Positions 8,283 to 16,733 of a DNA stretch of 64,000 bases are shown in pieces. A model generated the notes under the pieces. That model was given only the letters and a program-made list of their open reading frames with translations, had not been told where the DNA came from and did not search any database. Position numbers and translations under genes: made by a program. The DNA lies in the IMG/VR virus record IMGVR_UViG_3300045988_142974, positions 64,001 through 128,000 of that record, one strand, 5' to 3'. How positions within the stretch are numbered: position 1 is the first letter of the stretch; each line of letters begins with the position of its first letter. Source of the DNA: a virus.

Positions 8283-9090
8283 GTTCCAAAGGGGAACGAA
8301 AACACGGTACATAGTACCAACGATACTTTCCCTAAAGAGCAAAAAAGCGGTGAGGCGCTTCCAACACCAACACCGCAAAGGGGAATACTTAGATTCTCAA
8401 TCAGTCTAAGTATAACAAGCCAGTTCTGACTTGTCAATCCCCAACAAAATACCTTTTCCCATCCGTGGGAACTGGTACAACCGCAAAAGTCCATCCGTGG
8501 ACTTGAGCAAAAATTTGTACATTGACAAACAAATATTGAAAGCAAGTATCTGATAGATATTTGAAAGTTTACTCATACTGGTTTAAATCCGTATGTTACA
8601 AGTATGCTGATTTAAGAATGGGAAAAGTTCGGGCTTATAGCTTAGATTTTCGGGTTGAAAGTAGCTTAAATTTTAACTGGTGTGAGTGAATGAGTAGGAA
8701 AAGGGTAGGCGAAAACAAGTAAATATTTTATAAAATCCGTAAATCCGTTTCATTAGCGGATATTTCAGGCGGTAACAATTGAATTAGGCTAACTAATTAG
8801 CCTTAAAGCGGTTAGAGAGTACAGACAACGGGGACACTGTACAAATTATCATAGTCGGTGGGCTTGCATTCTGCGAGTCTGTTTAACAAATAAGTTTAGG
8901 CTATGAGTTTATCTCATTTGATAAACAACAAAACTATTGTAGTGGTTTTTGGTTTGAGAAAAACTTTTTACCACTTATCAACTAAAAAGGTGTAACACGG
9001 CTACAACTGGGCATTACATATAAATAAGTCCTAATGTTGTAAAGGTCTAAAGCCCTTGTAAACAGTGGATAGCACTATAACTATATTTGA
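8283..9090 (+). ncRNA. Candidate large structured noncoding RNA or long structured 5' leader (family not recognised)
   Basis: No credible ORF on either strand. Visibly higher G+C than the flanks. Dense hairpins: 8283-8297, 8306-8318, 8347-8376 nested in 8328-8385, 8388-8410, twin UCCG-loop hairpins 8457-8470 and 8489-8502, 8744-8761, 8786-8803, 8819-8842, 8941-8975. Starts just after the promoter at 8248-8276. Boundaries are approximate. Confidence 0.35.
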
Positions 9091-9109
9091 AATTTAAGGA
9101 GGTACTACT

Positions 9110-9733
9110 ATGAGTACAACAAAAAATAACAAAAAAGCAACTATTAATACGGCATCTGTAAAGGTGCAGTTTATGACTTCATCAAAGGACTTTACTGAAA
9201 CTATGGCTAAATTCTGGATTGCAATTAATCAGATGGCAGATAAAAAGCTTATTCTTCAAAACAACTTACGGATTAGCAAGGAATGGGCAGAACTCAAAAA
9301 GGATGATGCTGAGGCTCAGGCTATGTATTTAGCAGATGTTGAAAAGTATCAGGCAGAATTTGACGCATTTAAAGAAGAATACAATAAGCGTATTGACTCT
9401 TGCTATGAACTTTTAACAGATGAATTATACTCTGCTTACACTACATCAGAGGAAGAGTTTAAGAAGGCTATAAAAGAGTGGTTCTCTGCTCAGAAAATTG
9501 AAGCTACACCTACACTTATTAGCTTTATGACTGTAGCAGTAGGCTATAAAAACAGTAGCAATAAGCAGTTATTCAAGACTGGGAATGCTTTGTCTTATAA
9601 GGCTAAGACTACATTCAAAAATAGCTTTATGAGAGCACTTGCACAGCTTATGAAGGATAAGAATGCACTCAAAACAGATGCTTACAAATATACATACGTT
9701 GAACCAGAAAAGAAAAACAATAAGACAAACTAA
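9110..9733 (+). CDS. hypothetical protein (207 aa)
   Basis: ORF track. AAGGAGG SD. First gene of the long plus-strand array. Confidence 0.7.
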   Translation: MSTTKNNKKATINTASVKVQFMTSSKDFTETMAKFWIAINQMADKKLILQNNLRISKEWAELKKDDAEAQAMYLADVEKYQAEFDAFKEEYNKRIDSCYELLTDELYSAYTTSEEEFKKAIKEWFSAQKIEATPTLISFMTVAVGYKNSSNKQLFKTGNALSYKAKTTFKNSFMRALAQLMKDKNALKTDAYKYTYVEPEKKNNKTN

Positions 9734-9786
9734 CTTGTAAACACGCAACAAATCCGCTATACTATAAATAGGAAGGCGGTGAAAGG

Positions 9787-9978
9787 ATGGAAGAAATGAA
9801 TAACCAGGAAACAATTAAAATTTGTGTAGAAGAATTTTCACGCTTGCAGGAATGGATGGGAATGACAGAAAAGGAAACGCCTTTATATAAGTCAATGCAG
9901 GTGCGCTATAGAGATTTAAAAGTCATTCTATCTGCTTTAGGCGTGAATGTAACGGAACTTGATGTAATAAAAGAATAA
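9787..9978 (+). CDS. hypothetical protein (63 aa; start may be ATG 9796)
   Basis: ORF track. GAAAGGA SD is better spaced for 9796. Confidence 0.55.
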   Translation: MEEMNNQETIKICVEEFSRLQEWMGMTEKETPLYKSMQVRYRDLKVILSALGVNVTELDVIKE

Positions 9979-9987
9979 TTGCAGAGT

Positions 9988-10015
9988 GGAGGCAGGCTTT
10001 GAGCCTGCCTTTAAT
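9988..10015 (+). terminator. Hairpin GGCAGGC-TTTGA-GCCTGCC followed by T-rich tail
   Basis: Read directly after the stop at 9978. Confidence 0.55.
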
Positions 10016-10100
10016 GCACTATTTCAGTGTATGAAATAGCGGTCACAAGTCCGCAATTTAATTGTCGGTGGAGATAGTATCAAGAGCCGTGGAGGAAACT

Positions 10101-10520
10101 ATGACATCATTAATATTAAAGGGAATTGGAACAGCTATAAGATTTTCAAACGGAGTGTGCATATTAAACGCAACTCCACATCCACTCACGATGCAAGATA
10201 CAAACGGAGATCTTGTGACAGTTCCAACAAGTGTCCTCATTAATGCAAAGGCAGAAGAAAAAGCAGTAAATGACTTATTCGTAACAACTGTTTTTGTCGG
10301 TACGCCTGAGGGAAAAGAAATCATAAGGGACATAGAAGGAACCTATAGGGAAACCGGATGCGCTGATAGGCTTGTAATTGTCGGCAGTATTATTGCGTCT
10401 CAGGCATATCCAGGTAAAGTAGTTGGATTGTGTCCAGTTCCAGGGTTTGAACGTGTCACACCAAGCGAAAAGAGAATGCGCTGTGACAAGTTTACAGTAT
10501 TCACAGAAAATGAGGTATAA
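10101..10520 (+). CDS. hypothetical protein (139 aa from ATG 10101)
   Basis: Track ORF 10062..10520. The internal ATG 10101 has the GTGGAGGAAACT SD. The antisense track ORF 10058..10333 was rejected. Confidence 0.6.
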   Translation: MTSLILKGIGTAIRFSNGVCILNATPHPLTMQDTNGDLVTVPTSVLINAKAEEKAVNDLFVTTVFVGTPEGKEIIRDIEGTYRETGCADRLVIVGSIIASQAYPGKVVGLCPVPGFERVTPSEKRMRCDKFTVFTENEV

Positions 10521-10630
10521 AAATTATTATGATTATGGATATAAGGCAGACTAACAATCTGCCTTCCGTCTTACGGTGAAAGTCCGTAACCGATGAGCAG
10601 AAGCGAAACGGAAAATAATATATGATTAGA

Positions 10631-10664
10631 AGGGCAGACAACGCAAAGAGTCTGCTCTTTTATA
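10631..10664 (+). terminator. Rho-independent terminator (AGGGCAGAC ... GTCTGCTCT + TTTTAT)
   Basis: 9-bp stem with one G-U, then a T-run. Two further hairpins lie upstream (10543-10565, 10571-10589). Confidence 0.6.
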
Positions 10665-10687
10665 GTGTGCATTAACATAAAAATAGC

Positions 10688-10716
10688 TTGATAATTATAG
10701 TAAGCTATGATATATT
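10688..10716 (+). promoter_or_regulatory. Candidate promoter TTGATA-17 nt-TATATT overlapped by IR ATAGCTT...AAGCTAT
   Basis: Read directly. Lies upstream of the XRE-family gene, so a likely autoregulatory operator. Confidence 0.45.
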
Positions 10717-10739
10717 GGAGGTGATTGGAGGGAAACAAG

Positions 10740-11021
10740 ATGATAGTATATTATAAATTGGATTCGTTATTAGTTTCTAAGGGTATAAAAAAAATAGACT
10801 TGCAACGCAAATTAGGAATTAGTCCGTCAACAATGGCTAATTTTAGTAAGAATAAATATGTTGCTATGTCTATAATAGATAAGATATGTAAAGAGTTACA
10901 ATGTCAACCAGGAGATATTATGGCTTATGTTGACGAGAATGAAGCTGAAATTGCCTCAATCGAAGCTCAAATAGCAGAACTTGAAGCAAAGAAAAAACAG
11001 CTACAAGGCAAGGAGGAATAA
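10740..11021 (+). CDS. XRE/Cro-C1-type helix-turn-helix transcriptional regulator with C-terminal coiled coil
   Basis: MIVYYKLDSLLVSKGIKKIDLQRKLGISPSTMANFSKNKYVAMSIIDKICKELQCQPGDIMAYV is a typical HTH_26/YozG-like pattern. SD GGAGG. Track ORF begins at 10725. Confidence 0.8.
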   Translation: MIVYYKLDSLLVSKGIKKIDLQRKLGISPSTMANFSKNKYVAMSIIDKICKELQCQPGDIMAYVDENEAEIASIEAQIAELEAKKKQLQGKEE

Positions 11022-11023
11022 AC

Positions 11024-11260
11024 ATGAAAAATACAATAATAGGCTATTTAGTCGGCAAAGAAACTTTTTCTCCAGGAGAAGGCGACAATCCGAACTTCTT
11101 TAATTTTCCACGGAAATTTTTCCCCGATAGAAAAGAGGCGCTTGATGCCTTTAAAAAAGAAAAACAGAATAACTACCATTATGATTCCACAGGTAGTTAT
11201 GAAAGAGCCTATATTTGCTCGGTTATGAGTGATGGCTCAATCAGTGAATTTGAATATTAA
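11024..11260 (+). CDS. hypothetical protein (78 aa)
   Basis: ORF track. AAGGAGGA SD. Confidence 0.6.
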   Translation: MKNTIIGYLVGKETFSPGEGDNPNFFNFPRKFFPDRKEALDAFKKEKQNNYHYDSTGSYERAYICSVMSDGSISEFEY

Positions 11261-11277
11261 TATTAAGGAGGAAAGTC

Positions 11278-11598
11278 ATGAAAAAAGAAAACTTAGATAG
11301 AATTAAAAGAGTAAGATTCTGCAACTATTCAGAATACGACTCAGAAAGATGCAACGATGGCGGTTGCTACGGTTTTTGGACAGACTACGACCGCCTTGAA
11401 AACGGAAAGTGGGAAGTCAGTTACGGCACAACGGCTGGTTTTGATTACTGCCCGGTGTGTGGCTCGTTCAACGATCACTACGACTATGACGAGGAAGAGT
11501 ATAGTTGCGGAGATTTTGAAACCGTAACGGAAACAGAACTGTTGGAAATCATCAATAACTTCACGGAAAATGAGGATGAGTATATAGAATACAAATAA
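11278..11598 (+). CDS. hypothetical acidic Cys-rich protein (106 aa)
   Basis: ORF track. AAGGAGGAAAG SD. CPVCG motif. Confidence 0.6.
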   Translation: MKKENLDRIKRVRFCNYSEYDSERCNDGGCYGFWTDYDRLENGKWEVSYGTTAGFDYCPVCGSFNDHYDYDEEEYSCGDFETVTETELLEIINNFTENEDEYIEYK

Positions 11599-11686
11599 TA
11601 TATACTCGTTAAAACAAAAAATAAATTAAGTACTCTAAAAGGGTACTATTTTATATGCAAAAAAATAAAAAGGAGATTTAAAAACT

Positions 11687-12079
11687 ATGGGAAATTTAGA
11701 ATTAGAAAAAAAGAAAAATGAAATTATAAACGCAGCAATGGAATTGCTTTGTAACATTACTTATGAGTATGACGTAGCAATGGATTGTTACAACGAGTTC
11801 CCAATTGGAGTGGGATTTATTCCTAAAAATGTAGATGTGGATATTCCGTTGGATGTCTTTAAACGATATTCCACAGAAAAAGATATTGAAGGAATTCAAA
11901 TGGTGAAGCTTGAAAAAGACTTTGCTATTGATAAACGTGAAGAGTATTACGATATGCTTGGGGAGATTCAAGTCATTACATCGTGGGTACAAGAACTCAC
12001 GAAAATAGAGACGGAAAAAGAAATTGAAAACGTAGCAAAAGAATTATGTAAAATATGCTACGAAATCAAAAACGCGTAG
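11687..12079 (+). CDS. hypothetical protein (130 aa)
   Basis: ORF track. AAAGGAG SD. The antisense ORF 11702..11992 was rejected. Confidence 0.6.
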   Translation: MGNLELEKKKNEIINAAMELLCNITYEYDVAMDCYNEFPIGVGFIPKNVDVDIPLDVFKRYSTEKDIEGIQMVKLEKDFAIDKREEYYDMLGEIQVITSWVQELTKIETEKEIENVAKELCKICYEIKNA

Positions 12080-12095
12080 AAAGGAGGTATGAATA

Positions 12096-12914
12096 ATGAA
12101 ATTTAATTTTGATACAATTTTAGTCCACGGAGGGACGTTTCATGCAGACGATGTAATGAGCGTTGCCCTGTGTGAGATTCTTAACCCTTGTATTAAGGTA
12201 AAAAGGGAGTTCTGTGTATCAGATAAACTCCCGGAAACTACCTTAATTGCGGACATAGGAGGTGGAAAATACGATCATCACCAGGTAGACGCAAAAATAA
12301 GAGAAGACGGACTCAAAAGAGCTGCCTGTGGGTTGATATTTGAAGACTACGGACACCTTCTTTTTTCAAAGAACGGATATGAAATCTTTGAGAAGAATTA
12401 TATAATTCCAATCGAAGATATAGATAATGGAGTAGGTGAAGGAAATCCACTGTCTTCTTTTATATCAAGTTTAAATCCGTTCTGGGATTCTGCTGACCCA
12501 GAAACGGAAACAAAAGAAGGTTTTAGGAAAGCAGTAGATTTTTGTAAAGAAATTATTTCCCGAAATATAGCTAGAGACTTAGCTATGGGCAAGGCAAAAA
12601 CAGAAGTTGAAGAAGCCTTAAAAGGAGTGACCGATAATGGTCTTATAATCCTTAAAAAATACATTCCACCCATTATGTTTGTGGGCACAGAAGCAAAACT
12701 TTTGGTAATGCCATCAAACAGGGGCGGTTGGAATATCCTTACTATAAAAGTAGATAAGGATAGTTCCAAAGACATCATATGTTTGCCTGAAGAATGGTTA
12801 GAAAATAAACCAGAAGGTTGTACTTTTGTACATACTGCACGGTTTATTGCGGCTTTTAACACAAAAGGAGCTGCAATCACAGCAGCAAAAACTGTTTTAA
12901 ACCAAACACAGTAG
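12096..12914 (+). CDS. MYG1/UPF0160-family metal-dependent hydrolase (DHH-superfamily, exonuclease-like)
   Basis: N-terminus ILVHGGTFHADDVMSVAL ... LIADIGGGKYDHHQVD matches the MYG1 signature (GxFHxDE ... DVGGxYD...DHHQ). GAAAGGAGG SD. Confidence 0.75.
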   Translation: MKFNFDTILVHGGTFHADDVMSVALCEILNPCIKVKREFCVSDKLPETTLIADIGGGKYDHHQVDAKIREDGLKRAACGLIFEDYGHLLFSKNGYEIFEKNYIIPIEDIDNGVGEGNPLSSFISSLNPFWDSADPETETKEGFRKAVDFCKEIISRNIARDLAMGKAKTEVEEALKGVTDNGLIILKKYIPPIMFVGTEAKLLVMPSNRGGWNILTIKVDKDSSKDIICLPEEWLENKPEGCTFVHTARFIAAFNTKGAAITAAKTVLNQTQ

Positions 12915-12978
12915 CACCCAATGCAAAGGGTGCTATTTTTATACCCAAAAACAATATTAAAAGAAAGGAAATACAACT

Positions 12979-13170
12979 ATGAAAAAGAAAATGGCATATA
13001 CAGCCATCGCAGTCGTAGCAATCGCTACGGCTTTTTTAATAGGTAAAAATATACCTAATAAATACGATTATCTGAACTTGAATCAGGTAACAGAAACGGA
13101 AATCAACAGTGATACTGTAACAATCTACACGTCAACAGGTGATTGCTATGATTTCACAATAACAAAATAA
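12979..13170 (+). CDS. small membrane-anchored protein (63 aa)
   Basis: ORF track. N-terminal hydrophobic helix AYTAIAVVAIATAFLIG. SD AAGAAAGGAAA. Confidence 0.55.
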   Translation: MKKKMAYTAIAVVAIATAFLIGKNIPNKYDYLNLNQVTETEINSDTVTIYTSTGDCYDFTITK

Positions 13171-13189
13171 AGAAGGGAGAATAAAAATT

Positions 13190-13363
13190 ATGTCAGAGAA
13201 ACACAAACAAATTCATACTGCCTATTGTAATTATCAGATTGCAAAGGCAAGCAAACCTTCACGGATTTACTCTGTAAAAGCAGAAATAAAAAGTAACAAA
13301 GGAATTAAGACAACAGGATTGTCAAAGGCAAGGCTGGCAAAGCAGTTGTCAATGCTGATTTAG
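13190..13363 (+). CDS. small basic protein (57 aa)
   Basis: Own translation MSEKHKQIHTAYCNYQIAKASKPSRIYSVKAEIKSNKGIKTTGLSKARLAKQLSMLI. SD AGAAGGGAG. Its upstream 24 nt are duplicated before the next gene. Confidence 0.45.
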   Translation: MSEKHKQIHTAYCNYQIAKASKPSRIYSVKAEIKSNKGIKTTGLSKARLAKQLSMLI

Positions 13364-13380
13364 AAGGGAGAATAAAGATT

Positions 13381-13536
13381 ATGTCAAGAGAAATGTACAA
13401 CTATAAACGAAAAGCAATACGAATCGCAAAAGATTTTCGTTATACAATGGAAATTATAGAAGCAATAGCCAATGCAAAAACGGAAAGCGAAATTACACGG
13501 ATTTTAAAAACAGCAAGATTGACACAGGAGGTATAA
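13381..13536 (+). CDS. small protein (51 aa)
   Basis: Own translation MSREMYNYKRKAIRIAKDFRYTMEIIEAIANAKTESEITRILKTARLTQEV. Identical AGAAGGGAGAATAAAnATTATGTCA initiation region to 13190. Confidence 0.45.
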   Translation: MSREMYNYKRKAIRIAKDFRYTMEIIEAIANAKTESEITRILKTARLTQEV

Positions 13537-13542
13537 AGGGAA

Positions 13543-13764
13543 ATGGAGCAGTTTAATTTTAGAATTATAAAAGCAGGGAACGGAGCTGAAATAATAGATA
13601 ATACTCTATCAACTCCATACAACTCATTAACATCACTACAGATGATGGATTATATCAATGTAGAAAACAGCCTGTATTTTGCAGAAAGGCAAAAGAGATG
13701 GCAGAAGGCAACCGAGCCAACAATCGTTGATAGGGTAAAGAATTTTGTAAGGAGGATAATATAA
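13543..13764 (+). CDS. hypothetical protein (73 aa)
   Basis: ORF track. CAGGAGG SD. Confidence 0.55.
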   Translation: MEQFNFRIIKAGNGAEIIDNTLSTPYNSLTSLQMMDYINVENSLYFAERQKRWQKATEPTIVDRVKNFVRRII

Positions 13765-13767
13765 TAT

Positions 13768-13887
13768 ATGAGGGGATATTATAACGGATTTGCCTATATG
13801 GGTTTCGTGCCAAGTATAGGTAAATATCAGCAGTTTGAAAGCGAAACTGCTTATAAAAATTATCTGATAGAAAGAGGTGAGATATAA
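13768..13887 (+). CDS. small ORF (39 aa)
   Basis: Own translation MRGYYNGFAYMGFVPSIGKYQQFESETAYKNYLIERGEI. TAAGGAGG SD. Confidence 0.4.
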   Translation: MRGYYNGFAYMGFVPSIGKYQQFESETAYKNYLIERGEI

Positions 13888-14045
13888 TGAAGTATATAAC
13901 ATATGAAGAACCGCTAAAAGGTAAAACATTCACAGAAAAACAGATGCATGAAGTCTATAGAGATATGACAGACAAAAAAGAATATCCAAACTTTGACTGT
14001 TGGAAAACGGACATGCTTAAATCTGGTGTATTTGAAGAAGCTTAG
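13887..14045 (+). CDS. small ORF (52 aa)
   Basis: Own translation MKYITYEEPLKGKTFTEKQMHEVYRDMTDKKEYPNFDCWKTDMLKSGVFEEA. TAATG overlap with the previous ORF. Confidence 0.45.
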   Translation: MKYITYEEPLKGKTFTEKQMHEVYRDMTDKKEYPNFDCWKTDMLKSGVFEEA

Positions 14046-14051
14046 TAACGG

Positions 14052-14081
14052 AACGGCAAGCGAAAGCAAGCCGTTATTTTT
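14052..14081 (+). terminator. Rho-independent terminator (AACGGC ... GCCGTT + T-run)
   Basis: Read directly. Confidence 0.55.
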
Positions 14082-14111
14082 ATGCAAAAAATATTATAAG
14101 GAGGACACATT

Positions 14112-15038
14112 ATGTGTAAAAGAGTTTATTTAAAGGCAAAGGAAGCAGAAATGGAAATGCAGGAAGCACGGAATGCGGAAGGATTCACAGGAAAGAATGA
14201 GAAGCTTTTGATTGCAAATATGGTAAAGGCAGCTAAGAATAATTCACGGATTGGTGATAAGTTGCTTATGGTAGTTGATCCAAAACAGATTCATATACCG
14301 GAGTGGCAGAGAAGAATCAAGCTTGCAAGAGCTTATTCAATAGGTAATAACTATAACTCGTACAAGTGGGATGAACCGAAGGTATTACTTTGTAATGGAT
14401 TACTTCTTTGCATTGACGGACAGCATAGGATATATGGAGCATTTAAGGCAAAAAAGGAAGATGTAGTTGTCGAAGTAATGGAGTGTAGTTTGAAAGAAGC
14501 GATTGACTTATTCCTCAGTCAGTCAACAGATCGTGCGAAGATGCAGCCAATGGATATATACCATGCGGCACTTGCGGCAGGTAAGCCAGAATATACTGCT
14601 TTGCGTGATATTTGTCATAAGCATAATGTAGCAGTAAAAGGAGATGATGAGACAGAGAATACAGTTGGTATATTAACTTCAATTTCTGATGGAACTGGAT
14701 TTACAAAGACAAATCCTGAGCTTCTTGATGCAATGCTTACTTTGCTTGGTAAACTTGGTTGGAACGGATATGCAGATTCATATAACGGAAAAGCATATAC
14801 TGCAAAGATTATTCGTGCTTTAAAGGCATTATATGCTTACTGTGAAGGCAGAACAGATGAAATGGAGACGGCGCTGATTAAAAACTGCAAGGGAACTGAA
14901 TTCTTTGTAGAGAACATTATGGATAAGACACAGGCACAGATTTTTGATTATCTGTCTAAGATTGTCCGTTACGAAATGGAAAGTCCATTCAGAAATAACA
15001 AGACAACAAAGAAAACTGTGAAAGCGAAAGTGATGTAA
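14112..15038 (+). CDS. ParB/Srx-fold protein with DGQHR motif (DndB/ParB-like nuclease family, 308 aa)
   Basis: IHIPEWQRR ... LLLCIDGQHRIYGAFKA matches the ParB-like/DGQHR core. AAGGAGGA SD. Confidence 0.65.
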   Translation: MCKRVYLKAKEAEMEMQEARNAEGFTGKNEKLLIANMVKAAKNNSRIGDKLLMVVDPKQIHIPEWQRRIKLARAYSIGNNYNSYKWDEPKVLLCNGLLLCIDGQHRIYGAFKAKKEDVVVEVMECSLKEAIDLFLSQSTDRAKMQPMDIYHAALAAGKPEYTALRDICHKHNVAVKGDDETENTVGILTSISDGTGFTKTNPELLDAMLTLLGKLGWNGYADSYNGKAYTAKIIRALKALYAYCEGRTDEMETALIKNCKGTEFFVENIMDKTQAQIFDYLSKIVRYEMESPFRNNKTTKKTVKAKVM

Positions 15039-15128
15039 CAGAGAATAATATATTGCAATCTAATACATATGCAAAGCTGAGATAACGGCTATACGGTCAC
15101 ATTATAATAAGGAAAGGATGGATAAATT

Positions 15129-15326
15129 ATGGCATACAGAAAAACAAAACAATTAAGAGAATTTGAGCCGATTTTATTACGGAATGGATTCTATTTTGCA
15201 CGGTGCAAGGGAAGTCATTTTATTTATATGAATCGAACTTCCCATAAAATTATCACTGTAAATAAGGACTTAAATAAGATGGTTCGAGAACGATTAATAA
15301 AAGAGAATAATTTGACGGAGGTATAA
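15129..15326 (+). CDS. hicA: HicA-family mRNA interferase toxin
   Basis: KQLREFEPILLRNGFYFARCKGSHFIYMN...ITVNKDLNKMVRERLIKENNL shows the YcfA/HicA pattern (GF..R.KGSH ... L). 65 aa. Confidence 0.75.
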   Translation: MAYRKTKQLREFEPILLRNGFYFARCKGSHFIYMNRTSHKIITVNKDLNKMVRERLIKENNLTEV

Positions 15327-15330
15327 GGTT

Positions 15331-15783
15331 ATGAAATGGACAGAGTTATTACGGAGTGGAGACTATGCTTTACTACAAAGTGAAAGCGATACACAGTATG
15401 CGGTTGTTAGTGGTTATGATCCAACGCAGCTAGAAGGTCAGCGGTGGTCACATGGAACGTATTTTACTTATTTCCAGAATAATCTTAAGAAGATGCAATA
15501 TCTTCAGTCTGCTTATGATTGTTTCATGGGAAAGGTAAATGCAGATTATATTCCACGTTGCAGATTAGAAGAACTGGCAACACTTTTTAAAGATGGCTTA
15601 ATCTCTGATGATAGAGATCAAGCTCTTGAATACTTTGATGAGTGTTGTGAGATGTCAGAGGAAGAGAAATCTTTCTTTGGCATTGAAGAAGATAGTCCGA
15701 TAGCAAATACTAAATTTGAGAATCCAATGTATAACAAGGGCTATGACGATGGGTTTTCTGATGGTGCGAACAGCATTGAATAA
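15331..15783 (+). CDS. hypothetical acidic protein in the HicB position (150 aa); no HicB/RHH/HTH motifs recognised
   Basis: ORF track. 4-nt gap after hicA. ACGGAGG SD. Confidence 0.6.
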   Translation: MKWTELLRSGDYALLQSESDTQYAVVSGYDPTQLEGQRWSHGTYFTYFQNNLKKMQYLQSAYDCFMGKVNADYIPRCRLEELATLFKDGLISDDRDQALEYFDECCEMSEEEKSFFGIEEDSPIANTKFENPMYNKGYDDGFSDGANSIE

Positions 15784-15827
15784 GATTAATAAATGGATAT
15801 TTCTTTTGGAAAGGTAAGGTAGCGAAT

Positions 15828-16163
15828 ATGGAAATTAAAACATTAACAGCATTAGAAGAATTAGAAAGTTTAGGTTCAGCTCTTACAATGGAGGGACTTG
15901 CAGAAGATTCAATATCTGAATTTATTGATTGGGTAAAACAGTATACACCAATGAAAAGTGAAAAGGCATATATTATCAAAGGAAAAACAATGAATGATGT
16001 ATATATGTTGACTGGAAATAATAAATATCCAGATGATTGTACGATTGTTTCTATTAAGCTTGAAGATATGGAAAATAGTATGGCTGTAGTTATACCACGA
16101 TTCAATATTGGTGCAAGATGGTTTGATGACATTGTTATGAATAATGCAGCAAGAGAGAAGTAG
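15828..16163 (+). CDS. hypothetical protein (111 aa)
   Basis: ORF track. Antisense ORFs 15710..16132 and 15909..16196 were rejected. Confidence 0.55.
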   Translation: MEIKTLTALEELESLGSALTMEGLAEDSISEFIDWVKQYTPMKSEKAYIIKGKTMNDVYMLTGNNKYPDDCTIVSIKLEDMENSMAVVIPRFNIGARWFDDIVMNNAAREK

Positions 16164-16165
16164 AA

Positions 16166-16441
16166 ATGCGTGTTTCATTAGAAGAAAGGAAGACAAATAT
16201 GGAAAGATATGATATAGAAGAATTGGTGTTGGGACTTGCTGATATTGTGAGGGAAAATAGATATTTAAGGCAGGAGAATACCAGATTGAGGGAAGTTGAA
16301 AAAGAGTATCATCAATCTATTATAGACAGATGTAGAGAAAGTGAACAGGCAAGTTTAAATATGTTTAAAGCTGCATGTGTCGGAATCGCACAAGGTAAAA
16401 ATGATATGGAACTTGCAAGAGATTTGGTTAAACATTTATAG
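16166..16441 (+). CDS. hypothetical coiled-coil protein (91 aa; alternative start 16199)
   Basis: ORF track. 2-nt gap to the previous stop. Confidence 0.5.
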   Translation: MRVSLEERKTNMERYDIEELVLGLADIVRENRYLRQENTRLREVEKEYHQSIIDRCRESEQASLNMFKAACVGIAQGKNDMELARDLVKHL

Positions 16442-16484
16442 CAGACTAAATTCGCATTTCGTTAGAAAATCGGAGGTAAAAGAA

Positions 16485-16703
16485 ATGAAAAGCAATTATG
16501 AAAAATATGCTGAAGTAAAACAGCAGGAATTATTGCATAAAGAAAGAAATTTGCAACAGGCAATTAGTTGTCTAAGAGATAAACAGAAGTTCGCATCATT
16601 ACAATCTATTGATGATGCAATAGATTTTGTTGCCGACTTATATGATTTATCCATTGATGAAGTGAAACGAGCAATGGATGGAGAAGAATATTGGTGTGTA
16701 TGA
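16485..16703 (+). CDS. hypothetical protein (72 aa)
   Basis: Internal ATG of track ORF 16377..16703, with a CGGAGG SD. Avoids overlap with 16166..16441. Confidence 0.5.
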   Translation: MKSNYEKYAEVKQQELLHKERNLQQAISCLRDKQKFASLQSIDDAIDFVADLYDLSIDEVKRAMDGEEYWCV

Positions 16704-16733
16704 GATTCACATTTACTTGGGGAAGGAATAATT

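Noticed and set aside
8184-8545. Minus-strand track ORFs 8184..8378 and 8255..8545 in the large noncoding region.
   Set aside because: The translations are Cys/Trp/Phe-rich and implausible, and there is no SD. They overlap a consensus plus-strand promoter and hairpin-dense sequence, so the region is better explained as noncoding or RNA.
10560-10600. GGTGAAAGTCC-containing hairpin, superficially like the cobalamin-riboswitch B12 box region.
   Set aside because: Only a short fortuitous similarity. No GCCACTG box or multi-stem junction is present, and no B12-related downstream gene.
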